Below, piece after piece: positions 1 to 12,173 of a stretch of 64,000 bases of DNA. The DNA is from Neoechinorhynchus agilis. Taxonomy: Eukaryota > Animalia > Acanthocephala. How positions within the stretch are numbered: position 1 is the stretch's first letter; every line of letters starts with the position of its first letter. The notes beneath the pieces were generated by a model. The model saw only the letters and a program-made list of their open reading frames with translations, was not told where the DNA came from and searched no databases. The DNA is taken from NCBI GenBank assembly GCA_051530055.1, contig CM121342.1, positions 11,299,480 to 11,363,479 on the forward strand, given 5' to 3'. The translations under genes and the position numbers were made by a program.

Positions 1-540
1 GCATAAAATGAACATATGAAAAGACGAGCGATTTACAGCATGTAAGCCGCCTAAAGACGCTTTCATTTCTTATCGACAAAATTCTAGAACTCGGAGTGAC
101 GAAGAGTGTTTACAGAAGTGAGGATCTAATTGAACATTGTCAAAACTCAAAAGTGAACGCTCGAAATGGTTCAAACTCACACGTAAATGTCCATAGATTC
201 GAGGTGAGTATTTGTGTGTGGTTGTGAATTTTTCGAATTTTACAACGACTCTTTGAGTCGTGGAAAGTAATGTCCTATGTAATAAAAATACCTTATAAAC
301 AAAAAGAATTTCTTCGATCCGGCGCGAGTCTCTTAGTAGTGTTTTTACGTAAAAGTACACCCATTGAAACTACTACTCTACTTAAGAATATCGAGGCTTA
401 CGTTTGATATATATATGAATATAGGGAAGGGGAAAAGGTTTCATCAGCAAAAAAATCACATTATTGGTAAGTTTACATAAAAAAAGGATTTTATCTACCA
501 TAGAAAACTCAGATCGCTGTTTTAAACAAGAGTTTTTTGA

Positions 541-1398
541 TGGTCACTTTGGCCTTTCAGCGGTTATGGATGTTTTATCGACCGCAACAGTCCTGATTTC
601 CCATGAATTTCTAGGTCTTATAGAACAAGCTTGTGCATTTTCCAAATATGAAATGCTGAGTTTAAAAGTATAGGGGAAACAAAATGTTTAAAGGCTGGGT
701 TTTTAGGCAACGAAAAATGGTTGTTACCTTAATTATTACGAAAGCGTCTTTCCCTTAAAAATTTCTGGCCTGGCAGTTAACCGCAATCCGTCCAACCGAA
801 TCAGTCACCACGGATTGAAATTAGTCTACTATGGAAACCTCAACTCGTTGTTGTGATTAAGGGTCTTATAGCTCAAGTTAAGAGGGATTTCTAACTATTT
901 AAAATGAGCCTTTGTTGTTTAAAAGGTCACTTTGACCTGCGAGCGGTTGTTTTACTGACCGCAAAAGTCCTGATTTCCCATGAATCTCTCTGCTTAGAGT
1001 TTAGGTTGTGAATTTTCGAAATATGAAATGCTGAGTTTAAAAGTATAGAGGAAACAAAATGATTAAAAGCTGGGGGTTTTTAGGCAACGAAAAATGGTTG
1101 TTACCTTAATCACTACGAAAGCGTCTTTCCCTTAAAAATTTCTGGCCTGGGAGTTAACCGCAATCCGTCGAACCGAATTTGTCACCACGGATTGAAATTA
1201 ATCTACTATGGAAAACTCAACTCGTTGTTTTGACTAAGGGTCTTATAGCTCAAATTAAGGGGGATTTCTAACTATTTAAAATGAGCCTTTGTTGTTTAAA
1301 AGGTCACTTTGACCTGCGAGCGGTTGTTTTACTGACCGCAAAAGTCCTGATTTCCCATGAATCTCTCTGCTTAGAGTTTAGGTTGTGCATTTTCGAAA
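541..1398. repeat. ~377-380 bp tandem repeat, ~2.3 copies
   Basis: The block aaaaggtcactttgacctgcgagcgg... recurs at 921 and 1298, with a diverged copy at 541. Confidence 0.85.
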
Positions 1399-2136
1399 AC
1401 TTCAAGACGAAACAAGATGATTGAATTCATTTTTTGAATTATCCAACTAAGGATCTCGGTTTCGGATGAAGATTACTGACCTTGAGGTTTGTGTATGGCT
1501 ACCAGACAAACAGATGATTGCGATTTCTGAGTGTCAGTTGTCTTACGCCGTTTCAGAGTAAACAGAGACACACATTACTGTAGGAGGATGCCACCGGCAC
1601 CGCCGAAGTCGACCGGTCGAAGAAACAATTGCAAATCGTCAGCACCTATTGGTCCGGCGATGTTTCCGGGGGTGTGTGTGTTGTATTGCTCGGCGTCGGT
1701 GATTCAATGGTCCATGTGTCATAATGTCTTAAAAAGCGGGTAGGAAAGACAGTTTGGTTGAGGAGGATACGTTTGAGGAAAAGTCGGGGCGAATGTCGCG
1801 TAACATTCCTTAGTCGAGAAGACGAAAAATGTACTTAATTGCGACTGATTGATTCCATGCGGTTGCGAAGTCGCCGAGCGCAATCGATTCCACCTGTCTT
1901 AAGGGCAGAGAGTAATAATGCACCGACGAGATAACTAATCCGCAGGCGCGTGCACGCTCCATCGGTTATGGGATGTAAATAGCCTCGTTCTCATTCGGTA
2001 TAGTAAAAGACCATGGTCACATCAAGAACCTCTTTGAAAGTTCACTTCCCAAGCCAACCGCGCCATCTTGGCGAGTTGCCGGACCACGCTCTTCCCCCCC
2101 CATCCTTAGTCGTCGTCGTTGTCGCTGTGTTTCAGA

Positions 2137-3425
2137 TGTGGCCACCACCCAGTCGAAACGATTTTGCCAGTCCTCGATCTCACCGCCGGATGCCCGTGAT
2201 CAACCACCACCACCACCATCATCATCACCAACAACAGCAGCAACAACAATGCGGAATTGAACCAGGACATTTCGGTTCGTCATCCGGCTCAGGGTACTCG
2301 CCAAATCCAATGACAACACCAGGTATGACAGTAACAATCTTAATGAATAAAGATGCCCGCCAGAATCCTAAAATGTACATCGATCAAAATCTGGCATCTC
2401 AGCCTACCCGTAAAGGAGAGCGTTTAAAGAAATCATGCGAAACTACTAGTCAGCCTTATGTTGAGATCGGTGGTAGGTGGATTCCGATCAATCAGATGAT
2501 GGAAGCTCAGTCATGGTACGACCGAGCCAGTGTGTATTGTGCCGCCCAAACAGTAGGACCTAAGGAACCAAGTGATCGGATCATACTGAGAAATCAGAAA
2601 CTGGGTAAATCTGTGGCCGGTTCAGCGTTGAAAACGAGTCCTAATTGCAACATTCAACAACACAAGAGAAAGTTAAAGTGTTCATCATCAACTACCAGTT
2701 CAATTTCTCCACCTCTCCCACCACATTCGATAACCAATCAACGCGGTGATGAATTGGACGAAGATATCGATGCAAATGAGTCATGGTGGTTCTCCAGCCA
2801 TAGGTCATCTTCATATAACCACCACCATCATCATCCGCATCTAATGCGGTTGGACGATAAATGTAGGAGTGAGCGGTCGCTTCCCGATGAAATCGAAGCT
2901 CAGTACGAAGATGTCGAATACAAGTCGAAGATTGTGGAAGACGAACCTCAACTGAGTTTTCCTCCAGACACGGAAAGTGAGGAGGATGAAGAAGATGATG
3001 ATACTGTTGACGAGGAATGTAATGCAAAAAGTAGGAAACGTTCATCCACGGGATGGGGGCCAGACGAATATGAGGATAGGATATTAGGTCCCTTGAAAAA
3101 GAAAAAACCGAAACGAGATAGGAAACAGCAAGACGATATGCAACGTCAGTATTTACAGGAACTCAAGACCGTGATTCCCGATCTGTCGACTCTTCTTGAC
3201 CATCAGCACCAATCTGCTAAGTTGAATATCTTATTAGCTGCCCGAAACTATATCGACAAGATGAGAGCACGGGTTGTTTCATTACAACATGAACGTAGGG
3301 CATTGGTTAGGCAAAATAACACCCTTAAGGCAAAGTACGAAAGGCGGCTGAGAAGGAAGCGGAAGAGGGAGGACTCATTTGTTAACCGATTAATGGGAGA
3401 GCTTGGTCTCGATGTGACAGGTTGA
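2137..3425 (+). CDS. Myc/Max/Mad-superfamily bHLH-leucine zipper protein with a degenerate basic region, His/Gln tracts and an acidic region
   Basis: The C-terminus (LQELKTVIPDL...SAKLNILLAARNYIDKMRARVVSLQHERRALVRQNNTLKAKYE) matches the Myc-type HLH-Zip pattern, and there is an acidic DTESEEDEEDDD stretch. The start is placed at the ATG directly after tttcag; the ORF itself is open from 2013. Confidence 0.65.
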
Positions 3426-6400
3426 TTCCCAATGTGACCGTGTAGTTGACTCCCTTGATTTTTTGATTGAGCGAGTGTGTGCGATAGTGTTCAAAAAGTC
3501 TATAAATAGACTTGTGATTGGTCATGAAGGTTAACAAATTCTGAATATCTTTATTGGCCAAGTACCGCAAAATACGGCTCTTTCGTTCTCTTCTAAGAAA
3601 ATTAATATCAAACAATAAATAAAATGGACGTGACGATCGACACTTAATCAGGTAAGCATAACCAGGTTCTTAAATGTTGGAACATAGAAAACTCGACTTC
3701 ATTGTTTAGAGTAATAGGATTTGTAAACTGATAAAGTCTTTATATAAGTAGAAGCGAGGCGTGTAAATGATGTGGAAAGTTTTCGACTATACGCTGCGCA
3801 TTGTGTGATTCAATGTTATTATTCATTCCGAGACTATGGTCTTCTAAACTCTTAAAAACTGCGAAGATTTTTCAGGGCGATTCAAAAAATACCGAATTCC
3901 ATGTTAATCTACAATTGAAAAACATCACAGAAAATTTTTGTTCTAACGGTAAGTTCTTCAAAGCCTGACTTAATCTTTATACTCTAATTGGTCTATGCGT
4001 TTACTAATGGTAATTGGATTTTAACGAGAACGGGAGATCTAAACACCGAATAAATTTCGCGTAAAAGTGGCTTTATTAGAAAAGAATTTCGCATTACCAC
4101 GCAACAAAAACATTACGTTTGATTGTTGAACTTGTTCATATCGGTTGCTTTATGGCAACGAAATTATGAAACTTTTTTTAACAAGAGCATACATAATTTA
4201 TAGTTTCTTCGACGCCCCTATTCATCGGCACAGGCCAAAATGCTAGCCGCATTGCCCCGCTGCACCGCAATGCTTATTTTTTGGGAAAGTGACGTTCTTC
4301 ATAATTATTTGTTCTTAAAAGATGACTTATGCAGAACTAAGAATTTGACTTGCGATTGAAAATGTGGCGAGATTCCTAAAAATCGCAGGATTTCATATTT
4401 GCATATAAAGTTTATGCAATCTCGGTCAGGTATCACGAGAACAAACAGTGGTTGGAGATATAAATTCTATCTTTTTTAAACTATGCTTACTCACACTATC
4501 AAAGGCTTGTTATTTTGTGATGCAAATGATTAAAATACCCCCGAAGAGACCGCGAAATTGCTGTCGACATCAATGAAAGTTGTTCCTTACATGCGGAATA
4601 AGCGGATAAATTTAACTTAGTGAAATAAATCCGAGCTTTCGCCGTCTTACTGCTTTTTTAGGAATCTACAAATGCACGAGTTTGTCCCGCTTGCTAAGCA
4701 ATTCTGGGGATTGGTCGAACTGATGTCCACAATTCTCCCTCACACTCGCCCAAGTGTCCATTTTCGAAAACAAAACTTGATCAATCATGCGGCCGGAAAG
4801 TCAAGCATTCTGAAATTATGTGAATTCGACCGAAAATTGGAGCTTAAAAGTTGCTCGCTTGATGTTCAAGCATACTTGAAGGCGACTTAAAATTTTGTTT
4901 GCCCAAATAGCAATCGACCGATATCGCACACTATCTAGAGCAGCTATTTATTGCTAAATCTAAGTTTAGAGATGGAAATCTACGTTTCTAACTATTGTGG
5001 GTATGCGCGAACCATACCATTCGATCGCTATATAGTAGCTAGCGGCGCGGATGGATCAGCATTCACCTCTAATACTTGTAAAAGTTCTGAAGCTATTGTA
5101 GAGTCATTCTTATGCTTGACTTCCACCAACAGGTCGTTGTACTCACAATCGGCAACTCGAACCTGCACAAAATAAAGTTTAGTCTGGTCAATATTGAAGC
5201 AATGAAAAAATACTTACTCTGACTACGAGTTTTAGAGATGGAGTAAAACTGGTCTCGATTATTTCGTATCTCGTAACTATCAGTCTGCATTGTCGGCCAC
5301 ATCCCAAAACTGTGCAAATCTCCTTATTCAAATAGTCGATAATTCCTTGGACTATGTAATTCGGCACTTGTTCTGGATTAGGTAATGACATTCTTCGACA
5401 GTCACGATTATAGGTGATACCCAAATATCGGAATCCACTCCGTTATACCCCGCCATCAGATGCAGCAAGCAAGGTTTGTTCGAATTTAAAAACATCAATC
5501 TTTGTCGCTAAACAAAACCTGTAAACAGTAAATAGCTTAAGTCAATAATCAACTCATTTGATGACATCAGACGATATTGTCAAGCAAATCTATCATAATA
5601 TGTAATTTCATCCACTCTTACATTAAGACGGCCTGGGAGCATGTTTTGTATACCTGGAGAATATATTTCCCAGTCCACTTTGGGTAGAGTTCAATAAAAA
5701 TGCTTTTAGATAACATTTCAAATGGGGCGACTAAGAAGACTCAAATGAGGTAAGTTTAATACGAACTGTAGAAAATCGACGAGTTGCAATTGCCAAAGAG
5801 CCTTGTGAATATTTCGATATAGAGCAACTTTATTCTACGCAGATTCTGACCCCTGGTATTGTCTATGATTTTTGTACTTTGAAATCAAAATGATTCGTAC
5901 AAGAGCGTTTACATTCTTAAAGACGTTTCAAACCTCGTCGGGTTCATCATCAGTTTTTTTGTTAGTAATAGACGCTATCGATGGCCCGAGACCTCATATA
6001 TCGACGTTTACATTCTATAAATGCCATAAGATTCGTACATGAGTTTATCTTTTTGTTTCACTAATACAAAAATTTATTATCTTCTCAGATAACCCGTAAA
6101 ATGTCGGTTTCGTCTACTCAAAGAATAAGATATTTTCAGTTGCACTTACGTGAATAATCGTTGGACGCGAAACACCAATTTAATAACGTTTACAATTTGT
6201 TGGAAATACCGGCGCCGTGAATTTAGATCGCAACTCTTAGTATTTAAAAACTCTTCGGGTTAAAGTTGTAATATCCAAAAGTGTTGAGATACATTCAAGC
6301 GCATCCATCAAATTTTGTAATGGCCGGAAACAAATTGACTGAGAGGTTTAAGAAGCTTTTTAGTACTAATGGTGATACCCTACTATCTAATCATTTTATG

Positions 6401-6689
6401 CCGAGAAAATAATTTCTAGCATCTTAACTTAGCCGCTATTTTTCATCGCTCGAACTGACCTGCGATCTCACAGAATCCACTTAAGCTTAAAATTTATTTA
6501 CGTATATTAGCAATGGGTAAACAAGTTGAATGTCGTGGGTAATCCACTAAAACAGATTCAGCGCATCAATCAAAAAACATTTCTTCTTACAAGGAATCAA
6601 GGAAAACAAAAACTTAAGAAAATTCTTTACGCAGGATGAACTTCTAAATTGAATCCGTCAAATTGTTAGAATTGAAAAAACCCATCAGA

Positions 6690-7260
6690 CCATTGACGGC
6701 CGGCAAGATTCGTTACCATGCCATTAGAGACCCAGAAAATGGCCATTAACGGTCGGATTGAAACACACTTCTCGTTGAGAAAGCTTACGATTCTCTTAAA
6801 GTAGCGGGGTTTCCTGATCACGACCAGTATCGGGCTCATCGCAGGAGGCCGGAGCTTAAATGAACGCTGTTCCCATCAGCACCATGGGGCTCGATAACGA
6901 AGCAGTGAAGGTATCACTTAGTCTCTTTCGAATTGTAACCTACACAAACGCTGATGTGGATCCAAACCGTCAAGTGACCACTTCGTGAGAAACACTGAGC
7001 TCAACGCTATCATTAGCAGGGCCTTGGACTTTGTCCGTGTCCCTAATATCCTCGAGTCATGTCAGATGGCAAGCTACCGGATGCATTGACAATTTTTCCT
7101 TAGCGGCATGAAAAATACCTAGTCAATTTGCCGGCAACACCTCGGTGTAGGGAGGTGCAGCGTCTGCAATTAAGATATGGCCACGATTTCGTGCTGTTCG
7201 GGGTTACGGGTACGACCGCGATCAGCACCGAGCTGGGTCAAGATTGATGTTGGAAAATGG
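6690..7260 (+). mobile_element. Degraded fragment of a CRE-like non-LTR retrotransposon
   Basis: Decayed similarity to the endonuclease region of the 56865-59390 element. It shares ttacgggtacgacc..gatcag..ccgagctgggtc with ~36430. Confidence 0.45.
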
Positions 7261-8769
7261 CTGGAATCTTAAGTGTATATGTTCCACCGGCGCTCAACTC
7301 AGAAAAAATCGGCCCAACTTACTAAAACCGTAATTTTCAATTATCGATGTAAACAAATCTAAAATGACACGGATGGCGGTTTCGTAGGAACCTTCTTTTG
7401 CAAACAATTGAACGAATCGAGTTCAAAAATTGATTTTTTAAGAGACAAAACACATTTTTATACTAAATAAACAACTAAATTGTTAGTCCAACATCACCGC
7501 ACTCTCAACTAGAAAACAATCATTTTGTTAAAACTCTAAGAGCTCTCAGTCTTAAATACCCGGTAGTAAATTGCAATCGAAAATCTTTTCAGTTCACCTA
7601 ATTTTCGGCTAAAAATAATTTTTGTATAAAATTGATTTCAAGTGCACTGCGTAGTTTGATGCATCTAAAAACACTTATTGGCAGTTAACTAAATCCGGTG
7701 GACTATCATCGAATAATCTGGATCACTTCGAAAGCGTCTTCAGGATAAAAGGTCAATCTAAATCGTACAATAACTTCGTTTGGATAATATGCGAAGAAGT
7801 TTTTCTGAAAAAAGATCTTACACTAGCAAGTATGTTAGAAATAATTTTTATCAAAAAATAGTTGCCAAATAACGAATTTTTCTGCCGACTGTTCACTTGG
7901 ACAAAAGCTTGAACGGCCACAGCATTTCCAGTCTTGCATTTGCATAACTAATAACCAAATTCATCGCTTAATTTAAAAGATCACAAACGCATATCAAGCT
8001 CTGTAGAGAAATGGAAATAAATTGAGAGAAGCTATAGGTTTAAGAAGAAAATATTTTTTTCCTGAGTTTAAAATAAAAATTTTTCGACCTTGACCATAGG
8101 AGCTATTTTTTAAATGTCAATAAATTTAAGACAAGTAAAGCAAAAATGGTTTCCCTTCGAAAAAATTCCACGCAACAAATATCTTGAAAATATGTCGCCA
8201 CTTAAAATCTATTAATCGATCCCGATCGGAAGATCGCGCAACTTTGGAAGCTCAAAATTCTAAATTTTCTTTGCATTTCCTACATTAAGCAAGACCGAAT
8301 GTTCTTCTTTGAAATCACCGCTTATACGAAATCCCTCGATAATTCTTTACGGACCAATTTAGTGCTTTTGTAATAAAACTGCAATCAAACGCCTTCATTC
8401 GAGCAACTTTGCTCACGTCACGAAAGTGCTCGCACACGCGTATCGTCGCCTTTGCTTGACGCGCGATCAACGTGTCCGCTTCTTGCTTTTGTCGCTGGGA
8501 CAAAGATGGTTGCAGAAATTAAGGTGTCATGATTTAGCCAATGAGAACCTTAAACTAGTTTTTCTAAATTTAATACGTGCATAGAATCTGGCGTGTGTAA
8601 AATTAAACCTGGGACCTAATTTCATCGGTGTTCGGTTGCGTTTTCAACATTCGACCAAATAGCGGACAAAACCACACGGAGGAGCCGTTTTATTCAAGTA
8701 ATCGTGCAAATCGATCGTAGGTTTGTGGCCCCTTCGAAAAAACGGTGGCAGATTATTCCAGGCTTTAAT

Positions 8770-11607
8770 GTGCTGAACTCGGTTAGTAAGGCGAATCGTC
8801 ATCTTGTAAGGCTTCATTTGAACGGCTAATCAAGATTTCAATGGGTTTTCCACATAAACATTCGATCTCGGTTTGAATTGTGTTTTTCTCCTATTGATCC
8901 TTTGGTTGAGGCATTCTTCGGACAGAATAGACGTTTTTGATCGTTAGTCGCATTTAAAAAGTCAGGGGCAATTATTTGTTCGGGACGGCGACTGAATCCT
9001 GACTTTAGTTTTTATAAAAACAGTGGCAATCAACGAGTGCTGAACTTGGTTAGTAAGGCGAATTGTTATTTTGTAAGACTTCATTTGAACGGCCAATTAA
9101 GATTTCAATGGGTTTTCCACATAGTCATTCGATATCGGTTTGAACTTTGGTTTTCTTCGATTGATCCTTTGGTTGAGACATTCTTCGGACAGAATAGACG
9201 TTTTTGATCGTTAATCGCATTTAAAAAGCCAGGGGCAATTATTTGTTCGGGACGGCGACTGAATCCTGACTTTAGTTTTTATAAAAACAGTGGCAATCAA
9301 CGAGTGCTGAACTTGGTTAGTAAGGCGAATTGTTATTTTGTAAGACTTCATTTGAACGGCCAATCAAGATTTCAATGGGTTTTCCACATAGTCATTCGAT
9401 ATCGGTTTGAACTTTGGTTTTCTTCGATTGATCCTTTGGTTGAGACATTCTTCGGGTAGAATAGACGTTTTTGATCGTTAATCGCATTTAAAAAGTCAGG
9501 GCCATCATTTTGTGTTCGGGACGGCGACTGAATCCTGACTTTAGTTTTTATAAAAAAGTGGCAATCAACGAGTGCTGGACTCGGTTAGTAAGGCGAATTG
9601 TTATTTTGTAAGACTTCATTTGAACGGCCAATCAAGATTTCAATGGGTTTTCCACATAGTCATTCGATATCGGTTTGAACTTTGGTTTTCTTCGATTGAT
9701 CCTTTGGTTGAGACATTCTTCGGACAGAATAGACGTTTTTGATCGTTAATCGCATTTAAAAAGTCAGGGGCAATTATTTGTTCGGGACGGCGACTGAATC
9801 CTGACTTTAATTTTTATAAAAACAGTGGCAATCCATCAGTGCTGAACTTGGTTAGTAAGGCGAATTGTTATTTTGTAAGACTTCATTTGAACGGCCAATC
9901 AAGATTTCAACGGGTTTTCCACATAGTCATTCGATATCGGTTTGAACTTTGGTTTTCTTCGATTGATCCTTTGGTTGAGACATTCTTCGGACAGAATAGA
10001 CGTTTTTGATCGTTAATCGCATTTAAAAAGTCAGGGGCAATTATTTGTTCGGGACGGCGACTGAATCCTGACTTTAATTTTTATAAAAACAGTGGCAATC
10101 CATCAGTGCTGAACTTGGTTAGTAAGGCGAATTGTTATTTTGTAAGACTTCATTTGAACGGCCAATCAAGATTTCAACGGGTTTTCCACATAGTCATTCG
10201 ATATCGGTTTGAACTTTGGTTTTCTTCGATTGATCCTTTGGTTGAGACATTCTTCGGACAGAATAGACGTTTTTGATCGTTAATCGCATTTAAAAAGTCA
10301 GGGGCAATTATTTGTTCGGGACGGCGACTGAATCCTGACTTTAGTTTTTATAAAAACAGTGGCAATCAACGAGTGCTGAACTTGGTTAGTAAGGCAAATC
10401 GTTATTATTGTTAGGTTTCATTTCAACGATTTATCTAGACTTTAATGGTTTTTTGTTCGATTTCATTTCGATTTTCACTTTTCTTCAATTGAAACTTTGG
10501 TTGAGGCATTCTTCGGACATAACATACGTTTTTGATCTTTAATCGCATTTCCACAGTCAGAGCCAATCATTGGTTGTTCGGGACGGCGACTTAATCCTGA
10601 CTTTAGTCGTTATCAAAAATTAGTGGCAATCAACGAGTGCTGGACTCGGTTAGTAAGGCGAATCGTTATCTTGTAAGGCTTCATCTAAACGATTTATCCA
10701 GACTTTAATGGGTTTTCCACATAAACATTCGATCTCGGTTTGAACTTTGGTTTTCTTCGATTGATCCTTTGGTTGAGACATTCTTCGGACAGAATAGACG
10801 TTTTTGATCGTTAATCGCATTTAGAAAGTCAGGGGCAATTATTTGTTCGGGACGGCGACTGAATCCTGACTTTAGTTTTTATAAAAACAGTGGCAATCAA
10901 CGAGTGCTGAACTTGGTTAGTAAGGCGAATTGTTATTTTGTAAGACTTCATTTGAACGGCCAATCAAGATTTCAATGGGTTTTCCACATAGTCATTCGAT
11001 ATCGGTTTGAACTTTGGTTTTCTTCGATTGATCCTTTGGTTGAGACATTCTTCGGGTAGAATAGACGTTTTTGATCGTTAATCGCATTTAAAAAGTCAGG
11101 GCCATCATTTTGTGTTCGGGACGGCGACTGAATCCTGACTTTAGTTTTTATAAAAAAGTGGCAATCAACGAGTGCTGGACTCGGTTAGTAAGGCGAATTG
11201 TTATTTTGTAAGACTTCATTTGAACGGCCAATCAAGATTTCAATGGGTTTTCCACATAGTCATTCGATATCGGTTTGAACTTTGGTTTTCTTCGATTGAT
11301 CCTTTGGTTGAGACATTCTTCGGGTAGAATAGACGTTTTTGATCGTTAATCGCATTTAAAAAGTCAGGGCCATCATTTTGTGTTCGGGACGGCGACTGAA
11401 TCCTGACTTTAGTTTTTATAAAAAAGTGGCAATCAACGAGTGCTGGACTCGGTTAGTAAGGCTTCATTTGAACGGCTAATCAAGATTTCAATGGGTTTTC
11501 CGAATAGCCATTCGATATCGTTTTGAATTGTGGTTTTCTCCTATTGATCCTTTTGCAGAGGCACTTTTCGGACACAATAGTCGTTTTTGATCGTTAATCG
11601 CATTTCC
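8770..11607. repeat. 267-268 bp tandem satellite, ~11 copies
   Basis: The unit start gtgctg(a/g)act recurs at 8770, 9037, 9304, 9572, 9839, 10106, 10373, 10637, 10904, 11172 and 11440. Confidence 0.97.
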
Positions 11608-12173
11608 ATAGCCCGATAATTACTAGCAATTAGTTTTTCACCTTGTAAGGAATTATTTTTTTTATAAAAGATCAATTGCGCCTCGTAAATAACCAACTAT
11701 TTATGACTTTGACACAAGAATTTCATTCCCGATTAAATGCACCTTTTCTGATCAAATTTTTTCGACTGCTCTCCGTGTGTTTTGTGTTCGGACCACTAGG
11801 ATGTTGCGCGCATGTCCTAGATTCTGATTGGCCACTCGTAATTTATTCGACGAATAGAGCTGCATTAGTGCACATGATGGTCACTTGTGTGTGTGTCTAA
11901 AGTAACTCTCTGTGGGCGTCTCCCATCATCTCGCATGAATTTTACGCCAACGTCAGGCGTTCGAGTGTTTCTCGTTGTCGTCTATGCGTGTGCACCGCGG
12001 TGTGTCGTATACAACACGAAGAGCGTGCGTATACGCGCTTTCCTTAGTACACGAGAGGTTTAGGCGCGCTGGGGGGGAAGGAGGAAGTGGAGCCCGGCAC
12101 CAGCAGTACCTTTGGTTGTGGGACTTAGCGTGTTCGACACCAGTTTACAGAGAGCGAGAGAGCAAGAAAGCGG

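Noticed and set aside
8770-11607. Satellite as a CRISPR array or a coding repeat (267 = 89 x 3)
   Set aside because: The context is eukaryotic, there are no unique spacers, and the minus-strand frames I translated contain stops with no long ORF in the track.
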